NCBI GenBank assembly: GCA_965113315.1
Contig: OZ220367.1
DNA from: Podarcis vaucheri
Taxonomy: Eukaryota
Strand: one strand, 5' to 3'
DNA: 64,000 nucleotides
Shown here: in pieces, positions 62,001-64,000 of the stretch
Position numbering within the stretch: the stretch's first letter is position 1
Layout of the letters: each line of letters starts with the position of its first letter
Program-made: the position numbers and the translations under genes
The notes under the pieces: generated by a model
Told to the model about the DNA's origin: nothing
The model's database searches: none
What the model saw: only the letters and a program-made list of their open reading frames with translations

Positions 62001-62075
62001 TCTGGCTGGAGAATTCTTCTTGTTCTTCCTCCCAGCTTTCCGGCTGATTGGTGGACACCGGAAGAAAATTAGGAT
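62001..62075 (-). CDS. MMRN2: MMRN2 small internal exon after the EMI domain (DPNFLPVSTNQPESWEEEQEEFSSQ)
   Basis: ttaatttgcag|ATCCT ... CAGA|gtacgt, 75 nt, phase 1-1, open frame that joins the next exon. It sits where the short Pro/acidic linker exon is expected. Confidence 0.7.
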
Positions 62076-62631
62076 CTGCAAATTAAATTTGCCAAGTCAG
62101 TGATTCTCTTTTTGCAGTTCAGCACTGTGAGGAAGATATTCTTTTCATTTAGGTAGAGTCTGGATCCATAAAGCATTACTCTCTTGCTTCCAGACATGCT
62201 GGTGAATTAGAATTATAGCACCTAATATATAAATAAACATAATTTCCATCAGCATAGTACTTTACGAGTATTCAGAGCACTTGACAATCATTCTGATAAT
62301 CCTTACGACAGCCCTGTGAGGTAGGCCAATATTATCCCCATATTTCAGCAGTTGGGGCAGAATGAGACCAAAGCACATAGGCTAAGGTCAATGCAATAAA
62401 ATAAAAATAGGAACTTTGCCAACTTCTCCAACCTCTTCCAATCTCATCCCCCTACTCTACCAGAAGACGACAAAAATGGAAAAAGATGTGTATCCAGGAA
62501 AAGTGTGTATGAAAATGCACATATTTTATGGGGAAATCACATAAAAATACACATTATATTAGGGGTAACTGCTTGAAAACATGTATATTAGTCAACACTG
62601 CATAAAATGTGTTTATTAGGAGAAATTTGCA

Positions 62632-62980
62632 CAGGGACGCGGACTTATAAAAAATATTGGGGGGGCCTGGAAAAGCTCATGAATAATAAATAAGCTCATG
62701 AATATGCAAATAAAGTGGCGCCGCCTCCTCGTGAGCGAATAGGGGAGAGCGTGCTGCGCCTATTAATCAGCTCCGGAGCGGAAATTGGGTGGAGCTTTTG
62801 CTCGGGAGGGAGGGCAGGAGGCATGCAGGCAGCCCGACCCTGTGCATTTTGGGCTGGGGGAGGGGCGGCGATGGTGCTCTGCTGGAGGGGCGCCGGAGAT
62901 TATTGGGGGGGCAGAGCCCCCCCAAACGAATTTTTGAGGGGGCTCAGGCCCCCTCAAGCCCCATGGAGTCGGCGCCTATG
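62632..62980. mobile_element. GC-rich non-autonomous hAT element nested in an older AT-rich repeat
   Basis: Perfect 8-bp TSD aatttgca (62624-62631, 62981-62988). Imperfect TIRs cagggacgcggact / agtcggcgcctatg. Confidence 0.8.
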
Positions 62981-63088
62981 AATTTGCACTAAATGCTGAC
63001 AATTTTTATGATTTTTCTCAACACCACCACCACCAACAAAACTGAATTTGAGAAATGGGAAATGGGAAAAACCAAAATGGGTAATTCT

Positions 63089-63447
63089 AGCCTGGTCAAA
63101 AGGAGTCTGAGATGAGATATGATAGCCATCTTCAAATATCTAAAGGGCTGCCACATGGAACATGGAGCAAGCTTGCTTTCTCCTGCCCTGGAGGGTAGGA
63201 CTCAAACCAATGGCTTTGAGTTACAAGAAAGGAGATTGTGACTAAACATTAGGAAGAACTTTCTGGTGGTAAGAGCTGTTTGACAGTGGAACAGACTCCT
63301 TTGGGAAGTAGTAGACTCTCCTTCTTTGGAGGTCTTTAAGCAGAGGCTGGGTGGCCACCTGTCATGGATGATCTAGTTGAGATTCCTGCATTGCAGGGGG
63401 CTGGACTAGATAACCCTTGGGGTACCTTCCAATTTTTTGATTCTATG
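63089..63447 (+). mobile_element. CR1 LINE 3' fragment
   Basis: Degraded ORF2 end (DMIAIFKYLKGCH...NIRKNFL) and the CR1 3' terminus ggactagataaccc...cttccaa...gattctatg. Confidence 0.85.
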
Positions 63448-63569
63448 CCCATCCCTTTGCTTCTCCCATCTGAACAAGACTCATTGCTGTTACCTTTGCA
63501 GTGTAGCAAGGAGCAGACTGCACTGCAGTGACACATTGCAAAGGGGGTGACCCAAGGGGCCTTGGGATA

Positions 63570-63954
63570 AAAAAGGTAAAAACCATCCAGGGATCCTTTA
63601 CCTAAATCCAGTCAAAGGTGACTATGGGGTTGTGGCACTCATTTCGCTTTCAGCCCGAGGGAGCAGCGTTTGTCCACAGACAACTTTCCGGGTCATGTGG
63701 CCAGCATGACTAAACCGCTTCTGGCGCAACGGAACACCGTGATGGAAGCCAGAGCACATGGAAAGGCCATTTACCTTCCCGCCACAGTGGTACCTAATTG
63801 TCTACATGGACTAGTGTGCTTTTGAATTGCTAGGTTGGCAGGAGATGGGCAGAGCAATGGGAGCTCACCCTGTTGCAGGGATTTGAACCACCGACCTTCT
63901 GATTGGCAAGCCCAAGAGGCTCAGCAGTTTAGACCACAGTGCCACCCGCATCCC
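63570..63954 (-). mobile_element. Sauria SINE (near full length)
   Basis: Minus-strand tRNA-like head gggatgcgggtggcactgtggtctaa...ggttcaaatccc, BovB-like body gtcatgctggccacatgacccgga and (TTTACC)-type tail. Confidence 0.85.
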
Positions 63955-64000
63955 AGGTCGACTGAACAAGCCTATCACATGCCCAGCACAAACTAGATGC

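Overview
This is vertebrate genomic DNA. The repeat content (Sauria SINE, RTE-BovB, CR1/L2 tails, TA-flanked MITEs) points to a squamate reptile, most likely a lacertid lizard. Two genes converge tail-to-tail in the usual amniote order. BMPR1A (+ strand) has a putative non-coding 5'UTR exon at 14415-14535, 11 coding exons from 33151 to 48187 (1602 nt, 533 aa, all GT-AG with consistent phases) and a long, nearly TE-free 3' region. MMRN2 (- strand) contributes its last four coding exons (62075 down to 55029); its 5' end lies beyond the window. The intron upstream of the BMPR1A start codon holds a full-length, apparently intact ~7.0-kb L1-clade LINE in antisense, with ORF1, ORF2 and a 19-bp target-site duplication. 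Other elements are a decayed DIRS-type tyrosine-recombinase retrotransposon, about 11 Tc1/mariner-type MITEs, several hAT MITEs with 8-bp TSDs, SINEs and LINE fragments. The best leads are a probably peptide-conserved uORF pair in the BMPR1A leader, the young L1 (long 5'UTR, acidic ORF1 tail, three-frame-stop spacer, possible antisense promoter aimed at BMPR1A) and the DIRS relic. No CRISPR-like or prokaryotic system is present, and I cannot claim a wholly new biological system. Comparisons with human sequences are from memory and need checking.
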